NCBI GenBank assembly: GCA_964016885.1
Contig: OZ024740.1
Span: 433,256,001-433,320,000, forward strand
From: Eledone cirrhosa
Lineage: Eukaryota
Length of the DNA: 64,000 nt
Direction: 5' to 3'
Shown: piece by piece, positions 52,363 to 64,000 of the stretch
Numbering within the stretch: position 1 is the first letter of the stretch
How the letters are laid out: every line of letters starts with the position of its first letter
Position numbers and translations under genes: made by a program
The notes under the pieces: generated by a model
The model's input: the letters and a program-made list of their open reading frames with translations, nothing else
What the model was told of the DNA's origin: nothing
Database searches by the model: none

Positions 52363-53509
52363 GATATATATATATTTATATTCAGTGAGAATCGCATTTT
52401 CGGCGGGCAGGAAAAGCGAAGCGAAACGCAAAAATCAGAAATGATACTGGCAAAGTGCTCAATAGTTAAAAACCAGAGCTAAACAATGTGTTAAGAAGCC
52501 ATACAAAACTGAAAAGGTGTCAAGAAAGCATTAACAACCCAAGCCAAAAACCAAATTAAGCTAAACAGGTCAAAACAAAATAAATGATAAAAAAAACACT
52601 CATATATATGTGAATACATGTAAAACAGAGAAAACTCATCGCTAGAACAGCCATTAAAACAGCCATTAAAACAGCCATTAAAACAGCCATTAAAACAGCC
52701 AAATGGTGTCAATGAGAGTGATGGGTAAAAATGCCTCAGAGGACAGAAAACAGTGGCCAGTGGTCAGCTGAGAGACAATCCATGAGGTGGGAGGCAGATG
52801 AAATATAGAAAAGATTGAAAGAAGAGGACAAAGAGAAATGTGTTGGTGTATGGAAGTGACCGGAAGAAGAAATTGTCTTGTCCATCACCTTTATTTCTTT
52901 CTTCCAGTCTCTTCTGTGCACCAACACACTTCTCCTCCTCCTCCTCTCTGTCTTTTCTATATTTCCTCTGCCTGTCACCCACCTAATGGATTCTCTCTCA
53001 ATTGACCACTGGCCACTGTTCTATGAGGTATTTTTGCCCATCCCTTCTGGGTTGTCTGAGAGGTCAGAAACTCTGAGTAAATACTGATTAGGTCCATGAT
53101 GACTCGTCCAATCTTTGCTAACAGGGAAATAGATGTTAAATTATGAGGATTTGATGATACACACATACCAATGGTCGTTTCTTACCCTATAAACATGATC
53201 ACTTATTTATTTTTTTGTTTCATTGTTTTATACAAGACTGCTAAACTCATAACCTTTGTTCTTGAACAAATAGAATTAACTGTTTGGAACAATATGATGA
53301 ATTAATTCTTTCCTGATGAAAGACACTACTTCAAATCATCATCTTCTTCATCCACTTCTTCCTGAGAGGGGCGTAGGAGAAGAGTCCTCAAACACTCCTT
53401 CCAGCGGGTCCTGTCAGAAGTAGCTGTCTCCAACTGGTCCGGCTGGATCCCCCCAGCACAGAGACATCCATAAATATACATGATAAAAAGGGAATCAGGG
53501 ACAGAAATC

Positions 53510-54400
53510 AATAATTGATTTTGTTATTGTCTCTGATCTCTTCAATTCAGTGCTGGATGTTTGTGTTAAAAGAGGGGCTGAGCTGTCAACTGATCACCAT
53601 CTAGTTTTCTGTAACTTGAGTCTACCTAAAGCCAAAGAAGTACACAAAACTGGTAGATCAGGAGCGACCTATAGGATAAAGTGGGAAGCGTTAATGGATA
53701 AGGAAGACAGGACCAGGTATGTAGATACCATTGCATCCAAATTCAGAGAACTCCCTGAGGATGTTGAAACAAAGTAGAGATTGTTCAGCTGAACAGTTTC
53801 TGCTTCAGCTGTTAAATGTTGTGGGTGAAAGAGACTTGGTGTGGCAGTGGATGGCAAGAGGATCCCTTGGTTCAGATGCCATCTAAGCAAAAGAGGAGGC
53901 CTACAAAGCTTGGTTTGGAAATAAGTGCTCCTTGTTGTACAAGGAGGCATTAAGGACCCCAGCAGAGACAGTAAAGATAAAGTTAAGACATGGGAGGACT
54001 TTGGGGTTAAGCTGGAATCCGACTTCAGATCAGCAAATAAAGTGTTCTGGCAGACCATCCATTGACTTCATAATAAGAAGTACTCCTCCTAACCTGCTAC
54101 CAAGAATGTGTCTGGAGTTTTCCTCTCTTCAGAGATGTGCATCCTCGTGAGATGGAGAGAATACTTTGCTGATCTCCTAAACCTGATCACAAAAGCATCT
54201 CCTGATGTACAGGAGGTTCATCTGGGAGCCGTGACTAATCCCTCAGAGGCTGAGGTCACAAGAGCAGTTAAAGCGCTAAAGGCTGCTGAGGAAGATGAAA
54301 TACGGCCCAAGATGTTAAAAGCCTTAAATAGAGAAGGTATTCTCTGGCTGACTTGTGTGCTGGGTAGCCTGGATCTCTGGAAAAGCACCTAAGCAACGGC
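53510..54400 (+). mobile_element. Rex3/Expander-like RTE remnant (end of APE to start of RT)
   Basis: IDFVIVS, RGAELSTDHHLV, RWREYFADLLN, DEIRPKMLKAL, with many stops. Confidence 0.8.
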
Positions 54401-54914
54401 AATCAGGAATGACATTTCAAATCATATATAAAGAATTTTGAGGTATTTATGAAAGTTATTTAATTATGGAAATCAAAACATAACACCTGTTTCTTATATA
54501 AAATTATGTTGGAAGATTATAGATTTAAGTGGGAACCTTTTAAAATGGCTGGTTTTGTTTTATAGACCAAGAACCAGTTTCAGCTGGGTTGGCATCAAAT
54601 AATGGTATAAAGTCTGTATCTGTTAGACATTGTTTTGAAAGAAATGGTATAATAAAGTGAGGCCTTTGGCCGTTAAATATGGAACATTTCATTTGTTTAC
54701 ACAAGCCACTCATACACATACATATGTGTATGCATGCACACCACACATAAACATACACATGTGCATGCATACATGTACACCACACAAATACACACACATG
54801 TGCATGCAAACATGCACACCACACAAACACCCTCATGTGCAAACATTCACACCACACTATGTGTTTATGTGTGGTGTGCATGTAAACACATGAACATACA
54901 TTACTACATAACGC

Positions 54915-55232
54915 CAGAGATCTTGATCCTGTCTCATTACCTTCCAGAGGTGCAATTGTGCAAGGTCAGCTTTTATTGCCTCATTCCAATTCTTCCTATT
55001 CCAAAGTTTCCATCATCTTTGAGTGTCCTGCACCTTTTCATACAACTGTCATCCTTCATGCGCATCACGTGGCCATACCAAGGCAATCTCCTCTCTAATA
55101 TACAGCATCTGATCCCTCTTATATCCAGTTTCTCTCTCGTTTCATGCTTTGCCATTCACATATATTACTATTACACATCCATCAGAGCATGCCAGCTTCA
55201 TTTCTTTCCAATCTTCATAGGTCCTCTGCACA
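54915..55232 (-). mobile_element. Degraded RTE 3' fragment
   Basis: [13 protein letters not shown]. Confidence 0.8.
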
Positions 55233-55683
55233 CATCATGTGGTCACACTAACATGTAACATTGCTCTCCATATACACACATTTTATGGTCACACTACCAT
55301 GTAGCATTACTGTTGATATACAACACATCATGTGGTCTCACTACCATGTAGCATTACTCTTCATATACAACACATCATGTAGTCTCACTACCAACTGTTA
55401 ATGGCAGCTAAATTTCCTTCAAATCCCACATCATCTTTAAAAGGAGGCCACATGGAACAGTCTCAGCTGACATTTTATCATAAGTTTGCTATATCAATAT
55501 TTACCTGGGACTAAACAATATCAACAGAACATGACTAGAGATAGAAATGTCTAACTTATATCACCTGGGTTCTAATAATTACTGAAAATAGAGTTATTTT
55601 CAGACTAAACAATTTTTGCAAATATTGAAGGAGAAGGAGGAGAAGAAGAAGAAGGAAGAGGGGGAGAAGGAGAAGGAAAAGAT

Positions 55684-56128
55684 CATCATCATCATCATTT
55701 TATGTCCGCTTTCCTCTGCTTGAAAGGGTGGGATGGGTCCTATTCAGCACAGCATCTCTCCACTTGTCACAGTCCTTTGTCATCTCCTCCGTAAGCTTCA
55801 GCGATCTGAGGTCAGCTCACACCACCTCCGCCCATGTTTTTCGTGGTCTTCCTCTACTGCGATTTCCTGGCACTTCTTCACCCATCGGTCATCCTCCATG
55901 TGCATCACATGTCCATACCATCTCAGTCTTCTCTCCTGCACACCAGAACTTATCCCTCTTATACCCAGTTTCCCTCTCAACTCATCCATGCTTGGTCGTT
56001 CACGCACATTGACATTGCACATCCAACGGAGCATGCTTGCTTCATTTCTCTCCATCCATCGCATATCCTCTGCAGTTGCTGCCCATGTCTCACTACCATG
56101 CAGCATCGCGCATCTCACACAGGCATCA
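55684..56128 (-). mobile_element. RTE subfamily C 3' fragment
   Basis: AMLHGSETW...RLRWYGHV. Its short 3' end matches the SINE family 1 terminus. Confidence 0.8.
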
Positions 56129-56169
56129 TATAAATGTATATATATATATATAAACTTTTGCTGCTTAAT

Positions 56170-57347
56170 GTCATCATCATCATCATCGTTTAACGTCCAT
56201 ATTCCACGCTTGCATGGGTTTGGACGGGAGTTTTCCCACTTGAGGCAAGAGTGGTTGTCTTGCTCGCATAGGACTGTCTGGCAGGTTTTCTACGGCTGGA
56301 TGCCCTTCCTAACACCAACCACGTTTACAGTGTGGACTGGGAGGTTTTTACCGTGTTACCTACACGGCCACATTACAGCGTGGACTGTGTGATTTTTTGC
56401 CGTGACACCTACACGACCTCATTTGTTTCGGGCTGGATGTTGTGGTACCAACATAACTTTACATTTAAAGGAGTGGGGGTAGTGGGACGGGGTGTATTTT
56501 GTTAGAAGTGCCTACTGACTGTAGTAGGTTTCACTTTGTACTTAGGTAAGGCGGGTCTTCTCTATTACTGTGTAGCGCCAAAGATCTCGGTCCAGTGACA
56601 TTGTCTTGGAGAGGTGTAAGTGTGTGAGGTCGGAATTTATCAAGTCATCCCAGGTTTTTCTGGGTCTGCCTACTCCGTGGCTACCATCTATTTTTATTGC
56701 CCTGCACTTTTTTATACAGCTGTCGTCTTTCATGCGCATCACGTGACCATACCAACGTAGTCTTCTCTCGAGTAAACAACATCTGATCCCACTTATTTCT
56801 AATTTTTCCCTTAGTTCATTTATGCTTTGCCGTTCACGTATATTACTATTACACATCCAGCGGAGCATGCAAGCTTCGTTCCTCTCCAGTCTGCGTATAT
56901 CCTCTGCACACAATGCCCAGGTCTCACTGCCATGCAACATTGCTGTTCGTATGCAGGCATCATACAGCCTGCCTTTCATTTTTAGGGAGAACCCTTTAGC
57001 GGCTAATAGTGGTATAAGCTCTCTGAACTTTTTCCATCCAGTTCTGACTCTAGCTACTGTACTTTCAGAGCACCCTCCCCCACTGCTGATTTTGTCACCC
57101 AGGTAACGGAAGCTGTCCACTATTTCTATAGAACCCTCTGTGCAATGGAATGAGCTAGTATTCTGTGGGCACTTGCTGCTACTTATTGCAACAGAGCACC
57201 GGCCACATATAAAATCTATGTTCTTAGTTAGCTTACCTGTGATCCCACTACATCTTTTATGCACCCATACTTTGCATTTGGGACATAAAATGGAGTTTCT
57301 ACCTACTCCTTTCCTACACACTGAGCATGGCCATTTCCCGGATGGGA
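56170..57347 (-). mobile_element. RTE subfamily B, 5'-truncated, with an 18-bp TSD
   Basis: AAACTTTTGCTGCTTAAT at 56152-56169 and 57349-57366. Open PHD/C-terminal ORF. Confidence 0.93.
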
Positions 57348-57380
57348 AAAACTTTTGCTGCTTAATATATATATATATAT

Positions 57381-58059
57381 GTAATAGTAATATACGTGAA
57401 CGGCAAAGCATAAACGAACTAAGGGAGAAATTAGGAATAAGAGGGATCAGATGTTGTTTACTCGAGAGAAGACTACGTTGGTACGGTCATGTGATGCGCA
57501 TGAAAGACGACAGTTGTATAAAAAAGTGCAGGGCAATAAAAATAGACGGTAGCCACGGAGTAGGCAGACCCAGAAAAACCTAGGACGACTTGATAAATTC
57601 CGACCTCACACACTTACACCTCTCCAAGACAATGTCACTGGACTGAAATCTTTGGCGCTACACAGTAATAGAGAAGACCCGCCTTGCCTAAGTACAAAGT
57701 GAAACCTACAGTCAGTAGGCACCTCTAACAAAAATACACCCCTGTCCCACTACCCCCACCCCCTTCAATGTGAAGTTATGTTGGTACCACAACATCCAGT
57801 CTGAAACAAATGAGGTCGTGTAGGTGTCACGACAAAAAAACACACAGTCCAGGCTGTAATGTGGCCGTGTAGGTAACACGGTAAAAACCTCCCAGTCCCA
57901 CACTGTAAACGTGGTTGGTGTTAGGAAGTGCATCCAGCCGTAGAAAACCCGCCAGACAGTCCTATACGAGCAGGACAACCAATCTTGTGTCAAGTGGGAA
58001 AACTCCCATCCAAACCCATGCAAGCGTGGAAGATGGACGCTAAACGATGATGATGATGA

Positions 58060-58060
<1 letters not shown>
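57381..58060 (+). mobile_element. RTE subfamily B 3' fragment, inverted relative to its neighbour
   Basis: Reverse complement of ~56170-56853. Confidence 0.9.
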
Positions 58061-58110
<50 letters not shown>

Positions 58111-58113
<3 letters not shown>

Positions 58114-58250
58114 AAATAAATATGGTTTTATAAATATAGTTTCCATTTATTTAATATCATGGAATATTTACTCCAGTAATTTGTTGAGTGCTCTAAATCA
58201 GTTATAAACATTTATGTTTGTTGGAATTCCAACAAATTAAATACAACTTC

Positions 58251-58253
<3 letters not shown>
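58111..58253 (+). mobile_element. Naiad-type pLTR fragment starting at the hammerhead cleavage position
   Basis: ATAAAATAAATATGGTTTTATAAATATAGTTTCCATTT matches 10050-10105 and the reverse complement of 7793-7940. Confidence 0.7.
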
Positions 58254-58304
<51 letters not shown>

Positions 58305-58308
<4 letters not shown>

Positions 58309-60700
58309 TTTTGCGAGGTTTTTGATATGAAATCGTGTGTCGAAACAAATATTGTTATACTTGGGGAGGGTCATATTTGTGTAATATTGCCAGAATTAAT
58401 AACAGAACACACTCACTGTTTGGTTGGTTTTCGCTTTTCGCTTCTGCGTCCTTTATATCGGTAATTTAATTTATTCGGTCCTCAATGTTGCCATTGACTG
58501 ACCGACGGTGAAAAATACAGATACAATATAGACACAAACACATATCTATAGTTTATCAGTTCTTTCGTTGCACATGTGCAACATCGTCAGTGGTGCTATT
58601 GTTTCCTCCCGTTGCATTTTATTTTCTACGCCATCTTTATTTAGTCTGTTTATATATTTATTTATTTATTTAATTTTTTTTGTCTTCTTTGCGCATGCGT
58701 TTGCGTGTGTGTATAGTGTTTTGGTTGATGTGTGTTCGTGATTGGGTGACTGTGTATTGGTTAATGTATTGTATCTTTACTAGTGTGTGTTTATATGTGT
58801 TTGTTGTTATTGTGCTTGTGTATGTATTTATTTAATTATCTATTTATTTATTTATTATGGAGGCACATGGCTTAGTGGTTAGAGCATTGGCCTTGCAATC
58901 GAAAGGTTGTGAGTTCAATTCTCAGACCGAGTGATGTGTTGTTTCCTTGAGCAAGACACTTTATTCCACATTGCTCCAGTTTACTCAGCCGTAGAAATGA
59001 GATGATAGGGATTGGGATCCCTATCATTCCACTGCAAAGTGGTCGTGGAGGTGCCACGGCAAAAAAGCACCCAGCTCTCAGTGTAAATGAGGTTGGTGTT
59101 AGGAAGGGCATCCAGCTGTAGAAATCAAGCCAGAATCAGTTCCCATCCCACCCTTGCAAGCAGGGAAAAGTGGACGTAAAATGATGATGATTATATAGGT
59201 CAGTGTTGTTGTTATTCCATTCACTTTTTCTGTTTAGCCTTGGCCTTCTAAGTTCTATTTCACTAGCCTCTCTGGGTCATTTCTATGTTTAGATATTATT
59301 CTAATTTCTATGTTGTCTATGTTACCGTTGTGTTGTTGTCTGGCATGTTCGTATAGTACTGAACCGTTTTTTCGTCCTTTTAGTTCCCCCCAGTGTTGGT
59401 CTATCCTTTCACCTATGCTACGAGCTGTCTCGCCTATGTATGTTGTTGTCATGTTTCTGCAAGTACCCTCTGTACATCTTATGCTACAGACTACGTTTCT
59501 AGTTTTACAGTTTATCCGGGGGTTTACCTTACATATGATACACTTCCTATTAGTACAGTGGGTTTTCTTAAAAGGGTAGGTTTTGCTGATCAGGGATTTA
59601 TGGTGGTTCCTGGCTTTTCTACCACCTTAATCTTTAAGTGGGTCTTTCTCAGGGCCTTTCTACACTGGTTAGTAATTTCCCTCCAGGGGTAGCATCCACA
59701 AACATGACACTCTGGTATCTCTGGTTGTCGTACCATGAGGTTGCTTTCCCTATCTAAGCTATTCCATGATTTGCTCCTGTATAATGGGCAAATTCCTTTC
59801 ATGTCCAGTTCTATGAGGGTCTTATACTTCTCCGTGCCTCCTTCGTATACTCTGTTTCTGTCTCTTTGGTTGTAGCCAGAGAACTGCATGTGGTTGATGA
59901 AGTGTTGGTTGTGCCTTTCCATTTCTGTTGAGTCGCACATGCGGGACACATTCTTCAACACTCGTACCAAGTCTGCGATCAGAATATTAAACTTAGCACT
60001 ACTGGACATTGCTGAGTTTTTGAGTATCAGGTATTTGGAGGCCATGGGTTTAGCATAGTATGAGTGTTAATCCAGAGGTCTGTGTCTAATACAGGTAGTC
60101 TATTGTTGGCAGTGCATCTGCTTGGCTTTAGGATGTCGGTCCACATCATCATGTGAGCGTTGAGGATTTTCTCTCTCCCATCATGTATCTCCCATCATGT
60201 ATTTGCTGTGCAATTTCGCTCGTGTTGGTGATGTGGGGTTGCATAGCCTTGATGTAGTTCGGCATGCTATCTATTGACATCCTACCAGACTTATCCGTGG
60301 GTAGACATACTACCTCACCATCCCTTGTGCGCTGCTTGAGGCTAACCAAGCCTTCTACAGGTTTCCTCCCAAGTTGTTGGACCTCTGGTCTGCTCTGTCT
60401 CTTAGTATACCAGTCTACTATTTGTCTAATCTTATTTCTAGCTATGGTGAACTGTGCCTTTGTCTCGTCATCTATTTGTTGTGGTATGCAAACTCTTTTA
60501 TTAAAGGGTAACCTCGTAGGATAGATATTACCCATCTTATATGTTTTGTCAGCTGGGTTGAAGAATAGTTTCTCTAAGGGGTTGTCATTATATCTATGGT
60601 CATAGTTGTGTGTGTTGCTATTATTGTTATTACGGTGGTTGTTGTTGTTCCTATCATTAGCATGATTTAGAACGTAGCACAATGGAAAGCATCCAGCAGA
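58305..60700 (-). mobile_element. Second Penelope-like family, minus copy (RT core deleted, SINE inserted)
   Basis: VVCLPTDKSG N-terminal motif, KPMASKYLI..SA, and GIY-YIG YIGETARS. Confidence 0.8.
58858..59190 (+). mobile_element. SINE family 1 inserted in the PLE
   Basis: Absent from the homologous PLE copy at ~61740-61780. Confidence 0.85.
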
Positions 60701-60734
60701 TAGCTAATTCCATACACCAGAGTATAACTAACTA

Positions 60735-62262
60735 TCGACTACCCTTCCAAACACCCTAACAATAGACTACCTGTATTAGACACGGAACTCTGGATTAACA
60801 CGAAAGACGAGAGAGCCCAAATTCTCCACTCACATTATGCTGAACCCATGGCCTCCAAATACCTGATACTCAAAAACTCAGCAATGTCCAGTAGTGCTAA
60901 GTTTAATATTCTGATCGCAGACTTGGTACGAGTGATGAAGAATGTGTCCAGCATGTGCGACCCAACAGAAATGGAAAGACACATCCAACACTTCATCAAC
61001 TGCATGCAGTTCTCTGGCTACAACAAAAGAGACAGAGTCAGAGTATACGAAGGAGGCACGGAGAAGTATAAGACCCGCATAGAACTGGACATGAAAGGAA
61101 TTTGCCCATTATACAGGAGCAAATCATGGAATAGCTTAGATAGGGCTAGACATAAGATAGGGAAAGCCACCTCATGGTACGACAACCAGAGATACCAGAG
61201 TGTCATGTTTGTGGACGCTACCCCTTGAGGGAAATTAGCTAACAAGTGTAAAAAGGCCCTGAGAAAGACCCACTTAAAGATTAAGGTGGTAGAAAAGCCA
61301 GGAACCACCATAAATCCCTGATCAGCAAAACCTACCCTTTTAAGAAAACCCACTGTACTAATAGGAAATGTATTATATGTAAGGTAAACCCCCGGATAAA
61401 CTGTAAAACTAGAAACGTAGTCTATAGCATAAGATGTACAGAGGGTACTTGCAGAAACATGACAACAACATACATAGGCGAGACAGCTCGTAGCATAGGT
61501 GAAAGGATAGACCAACACTGGGGGGAACTAAAAAAACGAAAAAACGGTTCAGTACTATACGAACATGCCAGACAACAACACAACGGTAACATAGACAACA
61601 TAGAAATTAGAATAATATCTAAACATAGAAATGACCCAGCAGATAGGCAAATCAGAGAGGCCAGTGAAATAGAACTTAGAAGGCCAAGGTTAAACAGAAA
61701 AAATGAATGGAATAACAACAACACCCAAACAAACAACACTGACCTAAGAGAAGTATAAATAAATAAATAGATAAATAAATACATACACAAGCACAATAAC
61801 AACAAACACATATAAACACACACTAGTAAAGATACAATACATTAACCAATACACAGTCACCCAATCACGAACACACATCAAACAAAACACTATACACACA
61901 CGCAAACACATGCGCAAAGAAGACAAAAAAAAACAAAAAAACAAATAAATAAATATATAAACAGACTAAATAAAGATGGCGTAGAAAATACAATGCAACG
62001 GGAGGAAACAATAGCACCACTGACGATGTGGCAGATGTGTAACGAAAGAACTTTGATAAACTATATATATGTGTTTGTGTCTATATGGTATCTGTATTTT
62101 TGACCGTCGGTCAGTCAATGGCAACGTTGAGGACTGAATAAATTAAATTACCGATATAAAGGACGCAGAAGCGAAAAGCGAAAACCAACCAAACAGTGAG
62201 TGTGTTCTGTTATTAATTCTGGCAATATTACACAAATATGACCCTCCCCAAGTATAACAATA
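60735..62262 (+). mobile_element. Second Penelope-like family, plus copy (RT C-terminus, GIY-YIG, 3' region)
   Basis: LPVLDT, NVVYSIRC..C..YIGET..R..QH..H....H, RQIREA, LNRKNEW. Inverted duplicate of 58345-60110. Confidence 0.85.
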
Positions 62263-62281
62263 TATATATATATATATATAT

Positions 62282-62478
62282 ATAACAAAGGAAGTGTGGT
62301 AAGGAACCAAGTGGACCATAACGTACCAGAGTACTGAATACTAAGGGTAGTAGAGTGGGTAATAGGAAAATGTTCAAGACCCCGACGGCAGAGCTCAAGC
62401 CGTTTCGAAGGCTATTTCTGGACTCCAGAAATAGCCGTCAAAACGGCTTGAGCTCTGCCCTCGGGGTCTTGAACATTT

Positions 62479-62567
<89 letters not shown>

Positions 62568-62630
62568 GGAAAAAAATCAGGACCCCGACGGCAGAGCTCA
62601 AGCCGTTTCGACATATCTATTTCTGGACTT
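62282..62630. mobile_element. Palindrome-plus-tail element, copy 2 (62282-62483), and a half copy (62566-62630)
   Basis: GACCCCGACGGCAGAGCTCAAGCC arms, homologous to 50557-50790. Confidence 0.75.
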
Positions 62631-62634
62631 ATAT

Positions 62635-62671
<37 letters not shown>

Positions 62672-62673
<2 letters not shown>

Positions 62674-63230
62674 GGAAAAAATGAAACAAAATTTTATTTC
62701 TCACTCTTAGTACAGCTGTTATTTAAATAAGTATGTACACGTACATACATATATGTATACAGACGTACAGTAGTATGTATATATATATACATACATGCAC
62801 ACATATATATATGTACGTATGGATTCACCGAACATTTATTATAATGCTCGGTGTGTTTGTAAACAAACATCCCGTATTAAGCCGTAGTGTCCAGCAACCA
62901 CCGTTGCTCGTATGTTCAACACTGACAAAGGAACGCTGTACTAGTTTCAAGCTTATTAGCTATCGTCAGCAATGTATACCTTCCTGCCAGATTGTTGAAC
63001 GTATATACTTACCTTATCCATATTAATGGCTGGGTAGCCCAATTTGCATATTGAGTGGGTTAATCGGACGGGTGCACCGAAAACGATAAACGGAAAAAAT
63101 GAAACAAAATTTCATTTCCCACTCTTAGTACGGCTGTTACTTAAATATAAGTATGTACACGTACATACATATATGTATACAGATGTACAGTAGTATGTAT
63201 ATATATATACATACATGCACACATATATAT
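62672..63230 (-). mobile_element. Retrozyme-like element: 418-bp unit, 1.3 copies, containing a hammerhead
   Basis: Direct repeat 62672-62811 / 63090-63230, (TA)n on both sides, no convincing ORF. Confidence 0.6.
62933..62975 (-). ncRNA. Minimal type I hammerhead ribozyme
   Basis: Stem I ACATTG/CAGCGT (5 of 6 pairs), CTGACGA, T-AGCT-AATA-AGCT-T, GAAA, palindrome ACTAGT, GUA triplet. Confidence 0.78.
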
Positions 63231-63710
63231 ATATATATATAAAATAGAATAACACTATGAAAAAAAGACTAGCTATGAACATTGTTAATGAGAAGTGATT
63301 TCAGTAATTTTTGTTGAAAACTTTCCAAGAATATTAGCATTGTAATATGTGATTATAGACAAGTAGTCCCCTTGGCAATACATTTAACAAACATTTAAGC
63401 AAGCATTATTAACAAGTTCAGAGGAAGAAAAAAATAATTTGCCATTATTGAACTGTGCCTGGTATAGTTAGGTTGTTTGTTAGTTACCTTTCTATATTAC
63501 TAGTAATCACATCTCACAAATAGTAAATATGTCTATGTGGGTATACATCCATCCATATGTAGTTGATGGCTGAGAGAAAGGAGTACTCAATACCGAAGTA
63601 GTTTTAATATTCAATATTATTAAGGGTAAAAAGAGACCCTGTGTGATAAACAGCAAAACTCCAGAGTAACAAGACTCACTTTTTAGCCTTAATAATATTA
63701 AATATATAAA

Positions 63711-64000
63711 TCATCATCATCATCATCAACGTTTAACGTCCGTGTTCCACGCTTGCATGGGTTTGGACGGGGGTAGTCCCACTTGAGGCAAGAGTGAGTG
63801 TCTTGCTCGCATAGGACTGTCTGGCAGGTTTTCTACAGTTGGATGCCCTTCCTAACACCAACCACATTTACAGTGTGGGTCTGGGAGGTTTTTACCGTGT
63901 TGCCTACACGGCCACATTACAGCGTGGACTGTGTGTTTTTTTGTCGTGACACCTACACGATCTCATTTGTTTCGGCCTCGATGGCGCGGCACCAACATAA
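63711..64000 (-). mobile_element. RTE subfamily B 3' end, continuing beyond the window
   Basis: Near-identical to 10106-10395. Confidence 0.9.

Noticed and set aside
53750-53785. Other CTGANGA...GAAA matches (53755, 35658, 36340, 30705, 17715)
   Set aside because: No adequate stems I and II. Several lie in LINE coding sequence and are likely chance matches.
58858-58930. tRNA genes at SINE heads (also 2084, ~4000 and ~34290)
   Set aside because: A/B boxes are present, but there is no convincing acceptor stem and the sequence continues into a SINE body and LINE tail.

Overview
Repeat-saturated, AT-rich animal genomic DNA. The SINE families and dense (TA)n/(TG)n tracts resemble an octopod cephalopod; this is inferred from recall, not from a database search. 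The best-supported host feature is a minus-strand gene. Two phase-compatible exons (38468-38325 and 2836-2484) join across a ~35.5 kb intron to give a CUE/UBA-like domain followed by an S/P-rich tract. The rest is mostly mobile DNA: many RTE LINE copies with a PHD finger after the RT, a near-intact 5.5 kb Tx1/L1 nested in a 72-bp array inside a TTAA/piggyBac-like element, two Penelope-like (PLE, GIY-YIG) families, two SINE families, a Helitron-type element, small palindromic elements and six large minisatellites. The main unannotated signal is a set of minimal type I hammerhead ribozyme motifs (5 good, 5 degenerate or incomplete), most with a palindromic stem III. They lie in PLE terminal repeats and in short (TA)n-flanked non-coding elements. 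One of these is a 418-bp, 1.3-copy unit that looks like a retrozyme. Most ORF-track entries are microsatellite artefacts. All folds and alignments were done by eye.
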